Assembly: GCA_034670305.1 (NCBI GenBank)
Contig: JAXMNT010000065.1
Coordinates: forward strand, 1 to 38,046
Source: Deltaproteobacteria bacterium
Lineage (GTDB): Bacteria > Myxococcota_A > Polyangia > Polyangiales > Houyiibacteriaceae
Length of the DNA stretch: 38,046 nucleotides
Direction: 5' to 3'
The position numbers were made by a program, and so were the translations under genes. A model generated the notes under the pieces. The model was not told the DNA's origin. It ran no database searches and saw nothing but the letters and a program-made list of their open reading frames with translations. Shown here one piece after another: positions 18,100 through 27,393 of this stretch (its first letter is position 1; the number at the start of each line of letters is the position of its first letter).

Positions 18100-20423
18100 G
18101 CCGCCACCTCCAGTGCGTCGATCGAGAACCCGCGCGCGCGGCGCGAGGTTCGATCGGGTTTGCCGATCGGCCGGTGCCGCGCGAGTACGAACCCAAGGGC
18201 CAGCAGCGAGCCGAGCGGCATCGCGATGGCGATCGCGACCGGTGGCAACGCGCCAGCGAACGCGAATCCCAACGCGGTGAGGTTGTAGAGCACCGCGAAC
18301 GTCTGCAGTGCGCGCACCGTGTGGTGCAGCCGGTTCGCTTCTTCCAGACCGGTCACGATCGGTGCGAGGCCTGGGGTCGTGAGCCAGAAGTCGCAGCGTG
18401 CGGCGACCAGGGGCCGGTGCACCGCGGGACACCCGACGCTCCCTCCGGCGGTGCCGACCGCCGCCATCGCTGGCGCGTCGTTCAGGCCATCCCCGACGTA
18501 GAGCACGCCGCCGCCGAGCGTTGCCACGAACGCCGCCTTCCCGTCCGGGGTGGCGTCGCCGATGGCCTCTTCGAGCGGGAGCCCGAGCCGACGCGCGACC
18601 GCGTGCACCCGCGTGCTGCGGTCGCCGCTGAGCACGGTTTGCCGAAGTCCTCGGGCCCGAAGGGTCTCGAGATCATGGCGGGCATCGGGCCGAAGTTCTT
18701 CGCGGAGCCGGAACGAAGCGACGGCGGCCCCGTCGACGCGGAACACGAGATCGGCCTCGCCCGGCGGACCCGGCGTGCCGAGGCCGAACCGGTGCCCCTC
18801 GAACGTCATCGAGACCCCTTCCCCGACCCGTTCGTCGACGCGGGTGTCCGGACAGGCGCGGGCCGTGTCGTCGAAGCGCGCGAGGGCCTCCGCCAACGCG
18901 CTTGCTTTTGGGTGGGTCGTGCCCGAGACCAGCGTCGCAAGCGCGGTCCGTTGCGCCGGGGTGAGCGACTCGAATGCCTGGCCCGCTTCTTCGAGCACCC
19001 CGGTGGTCAGGGTGCCGGTCTTGTCGAACACCACGTGCCGCGTGTGACGCAGCCGATCGAGCAGATCCGGCGACCGCACGAACAGCCCCGCGCGACGCAG
19101 CCGCGCGTGCGCGAGGGTCCGCGCAAGCGGGAGCGCGACGCCGAGCGCACAGGGGCAGGTGACCACGAGGACCGCGAAGACGACGGAGATCGGATCGGCC
19201 GCGGTGAGTGCCGCGGCGAGTGCGGCCAGGAGCACGCACAACACATACGCGACCGCGTAGCCATCGCTCGACTCGCTGGGTGCAGCCCGCGCCGACAGCA
19301 ATCGCACCAGCCGGGACTGCGCGAACGTCTCGGTGGCGATGAGCTGGATGCGAGCGTCGCCTCGGTGAAACGCGCCGGCGGGCACCACCTGACCTACCTC
19401 GAAGATCCGCGCTTCGCTCTCCCCGTCGATCCACTCGAGCCCGAACCGCGCGGCGCACGTTTCGAGAGTGGCGGCGACCGGCAGCAGCTCGTCCCGTCCG
19501 AGCAGCAACGCGTCGCCAAGCTTCACCGCCCCGACCGAGACCAGCTGGGGGTGCCCGTTGCGGAGCACCCGAGTCTCCAGTGCCTCGAGCGCGGGATCCC
19601 CGGCGAGTTGGCGCGAGACCTTCTCCACCGACCGAAGCCGCACGGTGCGGCCAACCAGCATCAGCGCGATGAACGCGGTCAGCACATCCGCGTGATCGGC
19701 GCGGCCCGTCTGCACGAAGTGGCCGAGCACACTCGCGTACCCGAGCACCACCCCCACCGCGATGGGCAGATCCAAGTGGACCACCCCTCGGCGCAGCGCC
19801 CGCCATGCGGCGCGCAGCAGCGGGCCCCCGCCGACCAGCATCGCGAGCGTCGCGGCTCCGATGCTCAGCCGGGACAGGAGATCGAAGAACGGGCCTTCGG
19901 ACAGCCCGAAGTAGCCGGCCGACGCGAACAACATCGTGTTGCCCGCCAACAGCAGACACAAGGCCGTGCGCACCAACCAGCCCGTGCTCTCAGACCGCTT
20001 GGCGGACGATCCGCGCGGCTTGAGCGTGTAGCCGAGAGAGGCGGCGTCCGAGGTGAAGGCCGGCAGGTCGAAGCCCTCGCTGGTCCGCAGCGAGACCAGT
20101 CCGAGGGTCGGGTCGATCTCGATCGCACCGGCCGTACCGCGACCATGATGTTCGAAGAGCCGTTCGAGCGTCCACACGCAGGCGGCGCACGCGATGCCGA
20201 AGACGTCGAGCTCGAGGCCGCTCTCGGGGACCGGCTCCAGGGTCCACGGCTCGGAAGTTTCGGGGGGCGCGTCCACTGGGACGCCGGTGCCGGGTCGCAA
20301 CTCGTAGTAGGCGTCCAGGCCGAGCCGGTGCAGGAGGGTCGCGGCTGCCTCGCACCCGCGGCAACAGAAGTCGCCCGTTCGGTCGCCGGCGATCGGCAGC
20401 CCGCAATGCAGACAGCGTCTCAC
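18096..20423 (-). CDS. ccoI: Cu-transporting P1B-type ATPase CcoI/FixI
   Basis: [45 protein letters not shown] start overlaps the upstream stop. Confidence 0.92.
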   Translation of the reverse strand: MRRCLHCGLPIAGDRTGDFCCRGCEAAATLLHRLGLDAYYELRPGTGVPVDAPPETSEPWTLEPVPESGLELDVFGIACAACVWTLERLFEHHGRGTAGAIEIDPTLGLVSLRTSEGFDLPAFTSDAASLGYTLKPRGSSAKRSESTGWLVRTALCLLLAGNTMLFASAGYFGLSEGPFFDLLSRLSIGAATLAMLVGGGPLLRAAWRALRRGVVHLDLPIAVGVVLGYASVLGHFVQTGRADHADVLTAFIALMLVGRTVRLRSVEKVSRQLAGDPALEALETRVLRNGHPQLVSVGAVKLGDALLLGRDELLPVAATLETCAARFGLEWIDGESEARIFEVGQVVPAGAFHRGDARIQLIATETFAQSRLVRLLSARAAPSESSDGYAVAYVLCVLLAALAAALTAADPISVVFAVLVVTCPCALGVALPLARTLAHARLRRAGLFVRSPDLLDRLRHTRHVVFDKTGTLTTGVLEEAGQAFESLTPAQRTALATLVSGTTHPKASALAEALARFDDTARACPDTRVDERVGEGVSMTFEGHRFGLGTPGPPGEADLVFRVDGAAVASFRLREELRPDARHDLETLRARGLRQTVLSGDRSTRVHAVARRLGLPLEEAIGDATPDGKAAFVATLGGGVLYVGDGLNDAPAMAAVGTAGGSVGCPAVHRPLVAARCDFWLTTPGLAPIVTGLEEANRLHHTVRALQTFAVLYNLTALGFAFAGALPPVAIAIAMPLGSLLALGFVLARHRPIGKPDRTSRRARGFSIDALEVAA

Positions 20424-21142
20424 TCGACCGGCTCGGCGCCTTCGGTGGCGCACGTCGGGTTCGCATCGCCGTGAAGCGGCCGCGAGACGACCACCAGCGC
20501 GCCGGCGACCAGCACCGCCGCGAGCGCGCGTCGCGGCATGCGCCCGAACGTCCGCAGACGCGCACCCGCCCAGCCGCTCATCCAGAGCGCCGGCGCGCTG
20601 GCCGTCGCGAACGCACCCACGGTCAGCGCACCCCACCACGCGCTCTGGGTAGCGGCGGCCAGCATCCACGCCGCCGCCGACGCACCACAGGGAAAGAGCG
20701 GCGTGGCCACCCCCAAACCGAGCGCGAGGGTGCGTTGGTTCTTCTCGGTGGGTCGCTCCTTCCTTCGCTGCGCCTCCTTCTCCGAGCGGGTCCGCAACCG
20801 CACGAGGTTTGGTTCCGCGGCTGGCCGTTCAGACGTGTCCCCAGAGCCGTCGCGGAAGAGCCGAACGGCCGCCGCCAGAAGAGCCGCGGCGATCAGCCCC
20901 GAAGTCAGCCAGAGCGTCAGCGGCGCCGAGAGCCAGCCAGAGACCCAGACCCCGAACGCCCCCACCAGTCCGCCCGCACCGGTGTACGCCACGATGCGTG
21001 TGCCCTGGTATGTCCAGCGACTGCCGCGCGAACGCGACGCGCAGGCCGCGACGGGCCCGCACATCGCGAAGCAGTGCGGCATCGCGAGCAGTCCCGCGAG
21101 ACCGCCCGCGAACACGAACCCGATGGCGGCTGAGCCAGGCAC
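20420..21142 (-). CDS. DsbD_2 / TauE-like cbb3 biogenesis membrane protein
   Basis: HCFAMCGP, YQGTRIVAY, LFPCG; typical neighbour of ccoI. Confidence 0.88.
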   Translation of the reverse strand: MPGSAAIGFVFAGGLAGLLAMPHCFAMCGPVAACASRSRGSRWTYQGTRIVAYTGAGGLVGAFGVWVSGWLSAPLTLWLTSGLIAAALLAAAVRLFRDGSGDTSERPAAEPNLVRLRTRSEKEAQRRKERPTEKNQRTLALGLGVATPLFPCGASAAAWMLAAATQSAWWGALTVGAFATASAPALWMSGWAGARLRTFGRMPRRALAAVLVAGALVVVSRPLHGDANPTCATEGAEPVE

Positions 21143-21145
21143 CCG

Positions 21146-21616
21146 TCAGTCGTCCGAAGCGGCCTCGGACGTGTTCGGGATCACGAGCACCGGCCGGCCC
21201 GCGTGTCGGACGATGCGTTCGGCGACGCTTCCCAGAAACGCGCGTTTGATGCCGGTGCGACCGTGGGAGCCCACGATGATCAGATCGACTTCGTTGGTTT
21301 CGGCCCAATCGACGGTGGCCCAGCCGGCGCTCGGATGGCGTACGGCGAGCACCTGTACGTCGAGCCCACTGTCCTTGCAGTACCGGTCCCGGTGGTGTTC
21401 GAGCGCCGCGACGACGCCCTCTTCGTACTGGTCGACGATGTCGGCCATCGGGGTCGGCATGCCGAAGTCGATCGGAGCCAGGCCGGCCGCCGGGTCGAAG
21501 ACATGGATCAAGGTCAGGCTTCTGGCGCCGAGTTTTCGCGCGGTCGCGACCCCGCCGGTGAAGAGTGCCTCGTCGTCGAGCAGGTCGGTCGCAATCAGGA
21601 TGTGGTCGTGGTTCAT
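21146..21616 (-). CDS. Universal stress protein
   Basis: HILIATD...DLIIVGSHGRTGIKRAFLGSVAERIVRHAGRPVLVI; GGAGG RBS. Confidence 0.93.
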   Translation of the reverse strand: MNHDHILIATDLLDDEALFTGGVATARKLGARSLTLIHVFDPAAGLAPIDFGMPTPMADIVDQYEEGVVAALEHHRDRYCKDSGLDVQVLAVRHPSAGWATVDWAETNEVDLIIVGSHGRTGIKRAFLGSVAERIVRHAGRPVLVIPNTSEAASDD

Positions 21617-21637
21617 CGGTTCCTCCGACCCGGGCAT

Positions 21638-21653
21638 CGCAAGGGCCGTGCCG
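21638..21653 (-). promoter_or_regulatory. Sigma-54 promoter of usp-dsbD2-ccoI-ccoS
   Basis: CGGCACGGCCCTTGCG on the minus strand. Confidence 0.8.
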
Positions 21654-21654
21654 G

Positions 21655-21717
21655 ACGCACGCGCTGCGTCCGAGGGGTTTCGGAGCCGGGCGCGGCTTCG
21701 GCACGCAACCGTTGCGC
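21655..21717. promoter_or_regulatory. RCGCA-N5-TGCGY palindromes between the divergent usp genes
   Basis: ACGCA-CGCGC-TGCGT (21655-21669) and ACGCA-ACCGT-TGCGC (21703-21717). Weaker sites at 21733 (half) and 21834 (GCGAA-TCGTC-TGCGC). Confidence 0.65.
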
Positions 21718-21799
21718 CCACCGGCCGGAGCCGCGCATCGATGTCGTCGGCCAGCGATTCGAACGGCCCACGGGCCCGGTTTCAGCGCCGTTCGTCGGG

Positions 21800-21815
21800 T
21801 GGCCCGTCTCTTGCG
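21800..21815 (+). promoter_or_regulatory. Sigma-54 promoter of second usp
   Basis: TGGCCCGTCTCTTGCG (GG-N10-GC with TT). Confidence 0.7.
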
Positions 21816-21910
21816 ATGGTTGATGTCGTCACCGCGAATCGTCTGCGCGCATGCAGTCGCGCGGGGCGGAAGGCCGTACTGCGATTCCCGCAGGCAACAC
21901 CGGAGGAACG

Positions 21911-22546
21911 ATGAAGTTTCACATCGCAGTTGGGTTCGATTTCAGTCCGTGCGGCAAACGCGCGTTGGCCGATGCGCTTCGCATCGCACACCTGACGTCG
22001 CAAGGGGCAGGGGACGTCGACGTGGAGCTCCACGTGGTCCATGCGCTGACGCGCCAGGATGTGAAGGACGCGGGCAGCGATGCGCGCGGCGGGATCGCCA
22101 AACAAGACGCTGCGCTCGCGGACGTACCCCACGGGTTGATGCTCGCGGTCCTCGAGGTGATGTTCGACACCGAGATCTCGCTCGACTCGTTTCCGATCAT
22201 GCAGCACGTGCGCATCGGGAAGCCGGCGGAAGTCATCCGTCAGTGCGCGGTCGACTGCGAGGCGGACCTGGTGGTCGTCGGCACCCACAACCGCTCCGCG
22301 CTCGGTCGCATGGTGCTGGGCTCGGTCGCGGAGACGCTGGTGCGGGACGGCCGTTTCCCGGTCCTCGTCGCACACCGCAACACCCTCTCGGAGCTCCCCA
22401 AGACCGAACGACCCGATCCGGCACTCACCGACGCCCAGCTGGCCGCACGCTCGGCCGGCGGCGACCGCCCGCACACCTACCGGTTCAGTCTGGTGGACGC
22501 GTGGAGCGCGTTCGGAAAACCGACCAGCACCTCGTTCGGCGCGTAG
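21911..22546 (+). CDS. Universal stress protein with C-terminal extension
   Basis: IAVGFDFS...ADLVVVGTHNRSALGRMVLGSVAETLVR; GGAGGA RBS. Confidence 0.92.
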   Translation: MKFHIAVGFDFSPCGKRALADALRIAHLTSQGAGDVDVELHVVHALTRQDVKDAGSDARGGIAKQDAALADVPHGLMLAVLEVMFDTEISLDSFPIMQHVRIGKPAEVIRQCAVDCEADLVVVGTHNRSALGRMVLGSVAETLVRDGRFPVLVAHRNTLSELPKTERPDPALTDAQLAARSAGGDRPHTYRFSLVDAWSAFGKPTSTSFGA

Positions 22547-22606
22547 CCCAGCCGCGCCCGCACTCCCCATCTCTGTGCGTCGCCCCTTCGGGCAACGCGT
22601 GCTGGG

Positions 22607-24124
22607 CTACTGGAGCCAGCGGAAGAGCGGGAAGGTCTGGGCGCGCGGGCCGCTCTGGCCGACCTCGTGGTGGCGGCCGACCTGGCCGCCCGAGATCGCG
22701 CGGTCGTAGATCGCGACCTCGTCGATCGCGCCGATGATCTGACGTTCGTCGCCCTCGCGTAGTCCGATGCGGAGCGCGCCCTCCACCCGCGGGTCGAAGG
22801 ACTCCGCCAGCACGTCGCCCTGGCGTTCGCCGTTGACGAACAAGCGCATGCCGCTCCCGTCGTAGGTGGCGACGACGTGGGTCCATTGTTCGGCAGGCAC
22901 GAGGCCCTCGGTGGCGGTGGTCAGTCCATGGTTGACGCCTGCGGTGTCGCGCATGTTGGCGTGCACGTTGTCCGGGGTGTTGTGGTTCCACACCCGCACG
23001 CCGTGTTCGACCATCTCGCCTTCGCCTTCAGAGAACTCGAGCAGCGGCCCCGTCATGCTCTCGGCGGTGCGGCGGAACCACACCTCGAACGACATCGCGG
23101 GTCCGCGGAACACGTGCGCGAGTCCGTCCATCAAGATGGCTCCGTCGCCCGCGGTGTCCATCGAGAGCGCGCCATCGTCGTCGCCCGCGATGCCGCCCTC
23201 CACCGCGCTCGGTGTGCCGAGGTAGTCCGCGTCGAAGCCCCGCCCTCCGAGATCGTACGCGGTGGTTCCGTCCGCGTCGCCGAGCCGCCAGTACGCGACC
23301 GGGCGGTGGTGCAGGATGGTCTGTTCGTAGCCGAGCGCCGCGCAGTAGCGCCCGTCCAGCACCGCCGCACAGGTGCCGAGCGCGTCGCAGAAGTGACTCG
23401 CGCATTCGAGGTCGTGACCGCACTCCCAGCCGTCCGCCTTCTTCGGCTGGCAGGTGCCCCAGCGGCCGGGTTCCCAGTCGCTCGGTAGGTTGCACCAGTC
23501 GCCTTCGCCGCAGTCGAAGCGGTGAGAGCACGCCTCGTCTTCGCGCGGTTCGCAGATGCCCTGCGCGCTTCCGTCCGAGCGGCGGTAGAGGTGGCAGAAG
23601 AGTCCGTCTCCGCACGAGGCCTGCGAGATGCGAAGCAATGCATCGTCGTTCACGTTCGCGGGTGTGCAGTCGGCCTCGAGCACGCCGGTCCCTTCGAAGA
23701 CCTCGAAGAGCGCTTCGATCGTCGGCGGTTCGGAGAAACATCCGGTCGCCTGCCCCGCGAACGCATCCAGGTACGCGCCGCCACGCTCCGGCACGTAACG
23801 GGTGCGGGGATCGCGCAGGAAGGTCTCGAGCGTGGTCCGGCATGCGCCGAGGTGGTGTTCTTCGCAGGTCACCCGGTCTTCGTCGTCCTCGGTGCCCGGC
23901 AAGATGCCACCGCAGCACGACCGGTTGGCCGTGCACAGGTGGTCGCTGAGTTCGGCGCAGAAGTCGTCCACGGCCACCGGCCGACCTTCGCTCGGTCCGG
24001 CGTCGGTCTCCACGTCGCCGTCCATCCGCATCGTCATCGTGCCGTCGTCGCATCCACCGAGCAGCGCGAACGTGGCGACCATCGAGCATCGAAGGGTGCG
24101 GGAGAAGTTGGGAATCCAGGTCAT
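22607..24124 (-). CDS. Cys-rich lipoprotein with C-terminal LamG-like domain
   Basis: Lipobox LLGGC; Cys-rich modules; PVAYWRLGD...WTHVVATYDG..RLFVNG...GAIDEVAIYDRAIS. Confidence 0.88.
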   Translation of the reverse strand: MTWIPNFSRTLRCSMVATFALLGGCDDGTMTMRMDGDVETDAGPSEGRPVAVDDFCAELSDHLCTANRSCCGGILPGTEDDEDRVTCEEHHLGACRTTLETFLRDPRTRYVPERGGAYLDAFAGQATGCFSEPPTIEALFEVFEGTGVLEADCTPANVNDDALLRISQASCGDGLFCHLYRRSDGSAQGICEPREDEACSHRFDCGEGDWCNLPSDWEPGRWGTCQPKKADGWECGHDLECASHFCDALGTCAAVLDGRYCAALGYEQTILHHRPVAYWRLGDADGTTAYDLGGRGFDADYLGTPSAVEGGIAGDDDGALSMDTAGDGAILMDGLAHVFRGPAMSFEVWFRRTAESMTGPLLEFSEGEGEMVEHGVRVWNHNTPDNVHANMRDTAGVNHGLTTATEGLVPAEQWTHVVATYDGSGMRLFVNGERQGDVLAESFDPRVEGALRIGLREGDERQIIGAIDEVAIYDRAISGGQVGRHHEVGQSGPRAQTFPLFRWLQ

Positions 24125-26427
24125 GCCATGTCCTCGCGACGGCGAACAAAGAAGAGGGCCAGCAGCACCCACGCCACGTCGCCGTGGGTGCCGTCGTTGG
24201 TGCGGCAGCCGCAGCCGCCGTCGATCAGAGGGTCGTCTTCCGGCGGCGGATCGACCGGTGCCGTGGTCGGGGTCACGCCGCCGAGACGGATCGTGCCGAA
24301 CCGGTGCGGCGCATCCCAGCCGTCGGCCCAGACGGGGCCGGGGATCTCGATCGGGAACCCGCGTCCGTCCGAACGCCAGCACGAGAGGCCGGCGCCGCTG
24401 CGCGCACAGAGGTCCGCGCGTCCGTCGCCGTTGATGTCGGCCATGCGGAAGGTCCGGAACCACGCCGGGTCGGTCCAGCCGGCGGCGTCGGTGAGGGCGG
24501 GGCCTTCGATGCGGCGGGCGAACCCGCGTCCGTCGAAGATCCAGCAGGCGACGCCGAGACGACCCCGCGCGCAGAGATCCGCGCGTCCGTCGCCGTCCAC
24601 GTCCCCGAGCCGCAGCGTCGCGTAGTGCGAGGTCTCGTCCCAGCCTTCGCCCGTGGACAAGGTCGGTCCGACGTAGGGGTCGCCGAAGCCGCGCGAAGTC
24701 GCGGGGTGGCATTGGAACCCGCGCGGGGTGCGTGCGCAGAGGTCCGCCCGGCCGTCGTGGTCCACGTCCACCAAACGAATGGTGCTCCAGTACGCGACCG
24801 CGTCGAAGCCCGCCGCATCCGACCAGCTCGGTCCGACGATCGGCGGCCCGAAGCCGCGGCCGGTGGACCGCCAGCAGAGCACACCCGCCATGTTGCGCGC
24901 GCAGACGTCGTCGAGTCCGTCCCCGTCGATGTCGCCCATGCGGAGCGTGCCGTAGTGTTCGACCGCCGCGTAGCCAGCGTCGTCGGCAAGGTCCGGCAGG
25001 TCGATGCGTTCGTCGCGGAAGGTGTGGCCGAGCGAACGCTGGCATCGCAATCCGTCGGACCACCGGGCGCAGAGATCGGCCATGCCGTCTCCGTCGATGT
25101 CCGCGAGTCGGATGCTGGTGTGGTAGGGCGCGCGCCCGAAGCCGGCCGCGTCGGAGAGCGCCGGTCCTTCGAGCTCGGTGCCGAGCGGTGCGTCGCCCGG
25201 TCCGTCGCTTCGCCAGCAGCGCACTCCGTCCGTGCCGCGGACACACGCGTCGTCGCGTCCGTCTCCGTCGATGTCGCCCATGCGGAGCGTGCCGAAGTGC
25301 GATGGATCGTTGAACGCGTCCACGTCGGGCACGTGCGGTCCGGGGAGCGAACGTTCGAACCCGTGGCCGGACGCGAGGTGGCAGGTGAGCATGCCGTCGA
25401 CCGCGCACGCGTCGCTGCGAAGGTCGCCGTCGACATCGGTCGATCCGCCGAACGCGCTCGACTGCAACACGAGCTCTTCGATCTCACACACGTCTTCGTC
25501 GTCTGCGACCCCGTCGCAGTCGTTGTCGAGCCGGTCGCACCGTTCGGGCACCGCGGCGATCGCGCCCTCGCATGCGGCCCAGGCGCCGCCGCGGCAGGTC
25601 TCGGTGCCCGAGCGGCATTCGCCGACGTCGGTCCCGCACACGCGGCTGAGCGCTTCGTCGGTGCGGCCGTCGCAATCGTCGTCGGAGCCATTGCAGGTCT
25701 CTGCGCGCGGTCCGACCGAACCCGTGCACGCGCCCCAGGTGCCGCTGTTGCATCGCTGGGTGCCTGCGACGCACGCGCCGGTGCCGGTCCCGCAACTGCG
25801 CGAGGCACCCGGCGTGCATTCTCCGCAGGTGGTGCCCGGCGCTTCGAGGTAACCGCGCTGGTCCACCCAGCGGGTGCTGCTGCGTCCGCAGCCACCCTGG
25901 AAGACCTCTTGGCTCGAGCCGCCCGGGCGGTAACCGAAGTGCAGGTGCGGACCGGTGCTGCTTCCCGACGACGCGGAGCGTCCGAGGAACTGACCGCAGC
26001 CCACCCCTTGTCCGGTGCGCACCGCGATCGAGTTGAGTTCCATGTGGCAGTAGATCGAGTACGAGCCGTCGGTGTGCCGGATCTGAACGTAGTTGCCGCA
26101 TCGGCCGCCGCAGGGGTTGCCTCGGTAGCCGGTGTTCGCGCACCCGTTGAACGTCGCGCTCACGGTGCCGCGCTGTCCGGCGACCACCGTCGCGCCGCGC
26201 GGCAACGCGAAGTCCTCGCCGGTGTGGGTATCGTAGCAGGCGCGCCCGCAGCCGTAGTCGGTGCAGCCGGCCGCGCCGTAGTTGTTGTCGAAGCCGTAGC
26301 CGAGCCGGTACCCGCCGGTGTAGGGCCGGCGAAACCGCACCTGTGCCGCCGCGTCGACGCTGCCCGCCAACACGATCAGTGCGCCCAGCACAGCGACCAC
26401 CGAAGCCAAGGACGACGCGCGTTTCAA
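24121..26427 (-). CDS. M23 peptidase + MopE-like Cys repeats + FG-GAP/VCBS-like repeats + MYXO-CTERM
   Basis: YDTHTGEDF, GNYVQIRH, YCHM, STGPHLHF. ETCNGSDDDCDGRTDE. Six or seven D(I/V)DGDGRxDxCAR repeats. GGCGCR...LFFVRRR. TTG start overlaps the upstream stop. Confidence 0.9.
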   Translation of the reverse strand: MKRASSLASVVAVLGALIVLAGSVDAAAQVRFRRPYTGGYRLGYGFDNNYGAAGCTDYGCGRACYDTHTGEDFALPRGATVVAGQRGTVSATFNGCANTGYRGNPCGGRCGNYVQIRHTDGSYSIYCHMELNSIAVRTGQGVGCGQFLGRSASSGSSTGPHLHFGYRPGGSSQEVFQGGCGRSSTRWVDQRGYLEAPGTTCGECTPGASRSCGTGTGACVAGTQRCNSGTWGACTGSVGPRAETCNGSDDDCDGRTDEALSRVCGTDVGECRSGTETCRGGAWAACEGAIAAVPERCDRLDNDCDGVADDEDVCEIEELVLQSSAFGGSTDVDGDLRSDACAVDGMLTCHLASGHGFERSLPGPHVPDVDAFNDPSHFGTLRMGDIDGDGRDDACVRGTDGVRCWRSDGPGDAPLGTELEGPALSDAAGFGRAPYHTSIRLADIDGDGMADLCARWSDGLRCQRSLGHTFRDERIDLPDLADDAGYAAVEHYGTLRMGDIDGDGLDDVCARNMAGVLCWRSTGRGFGPPIVGPSWSDAAGFDAVAYWSTIRLVDVDHDGRADLCARTPRGFQCHPATSRGFGDPYVGPTLSTGEGWDETSHYATLRLGDVDGDGRADLCARGRLGVACWIFDGRGFARRIEGPALTDAAGWTDPAWFRTFRMADINGDGRADLCARSGAGLSCWRSDGRGFPIEIPGPVWADGWDAPHRFGTIRLGGVTPTTAPVDPPPEDDPLIDGGCGCRTNDGTHGDVAWVLLALFFVRRREDMA

Positions 26428-27167
26428 GGCGCGCCTTCTTGCGGGTCGACCACGAGCGCGTGCGCGACCCCGGCTTCGTCTTCGAAGGCGAGCAGGTGGC
26501 CATCGAAGCGCGGCGCGGTGAGCGAACTCGGGAAGACCTCGGTGTCGATCACAGCCGGAGTGCCACCGATCGTCGATCGGAACAGCTGCGCAGAGCCCGC
26601 GCGGCCAGAGACGAAGAGGAACGCTCCGTCCGGACCGAGCGCGGGGTTCCACGCGGGCGCGTAGCCTTCCGTGACCGACATCGGCGCACCGACGTGCACG
26701 TCGACGACGGCGATCTCTTGCAGCGGCATCTCGCCGCGCGCGTAGGCGATGCGCGACCCGAACACCGAGAGTGGTGCGTTCACGTCTTCGTCGAGCACCC
26801 GCCCGCTGCCGTCCTGCACCCGAAGCCGATGGTCCCGGTCGAGCGAGACCACCACGCCGTCCACGTGGCGCGCATCGAGCACGATGCTGCCGGCCGGTAG
26901 TGCGCCGGCGGCGGTGGTCAGCCGTACCAGGCGCTCGTGGTCGGCACCCGGCAATCCAGCCTCCACGATGCCGGCGATGCCTTCGTCGAGCGTGACCCTC
27001 GCGTGGTCGCCCGCCGCGCTCGGCTGCTCTTCGAGCGCGACGCGACCGAGGTCCTGCGCGGGCCCTTCGTTCGGTGCGAGGGCAAGCTCCGCCGTCTGAT
27101 CGGAGACCGGTTCGGTGGGTTGGGCGCAGGCTGCGGTGAGCAGCAGGACGAACGGGAAGCGAGGCAC
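26424..27167 (-). CDS. Lipoprotein with TolB/PD40-like beta-propeller fragment
   Basis: GTG start, lipobox LTAAC; NPALGPDGAFLFVSGRAGSAQLF. Confidence 0.75.
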   Translation of the reverse strand: MPRFPFVLLLTAACAQPTEPVSDQTAELALAPNEGPAQDLGRVALEEQPSAAGDHARVTLDEGIAGIVEAGLPGADHERLVRLTTAAGALPAGSIVLDARHVDGVVVSLDRDHRLRVQDGSGRVLDEDVNAPLSVFGSRIAYARGEMPLQEIAVVDVHVGAPMSVTEGYAPAWNPALGPDGAFLFVSGRAGSAQLFRSTIGGTPAVIDTEVFPSSLTAPRFDGHLLAFEDEAGVAHALVVDPQEGAP

Positions 27168-27179
27168 TCGACGGGATAG

Positions 27180-27195
27180 AGCAATCCCCGTACCA
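27180..27195 (-). promoter_or_regulatory. Sigma-54 promoter of the lipoprotein-M23-LamG operon
   Basis: TGGTACGGGGATTGCT on the minus strand. Confidence 0.7.
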
Positions 27196-27393
27196 GCGGA
27201 CCCAGTCCGGTCGTCCGCGCGTTTCGGTCCGGTTGCACGGGCTTTTCCGTACGGTCTGGAGTCCGCACCTGCCCAACCCTTGAACAGGTGGGGTCTGGCA
27301 AGCGTGTCGTGGCCGCTGTCGCGCCGGCGCATGGGAGGGGTGGTGAGAGGCAGGATCCGCCCCAGTGTACACCGGCCCGGCCGGCAGGAACGG

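Noticed and set aside
15569-20474. Long + strand ORFs (903 aa, 766 aa) opposite ccoNO and ccoI
   Set aside because: High-GC antisense shadows with no motifs.
24360-25450. Regularly spaced ~165-bp DNA repeats (CCGTCGATGTCGCCCATGCGGAGCGTGCCG) as a possible CRISPR array
   Set aside because: They are in-frame FG-GAP-like protein repeats with homologous 'spacers'; no cas genes.
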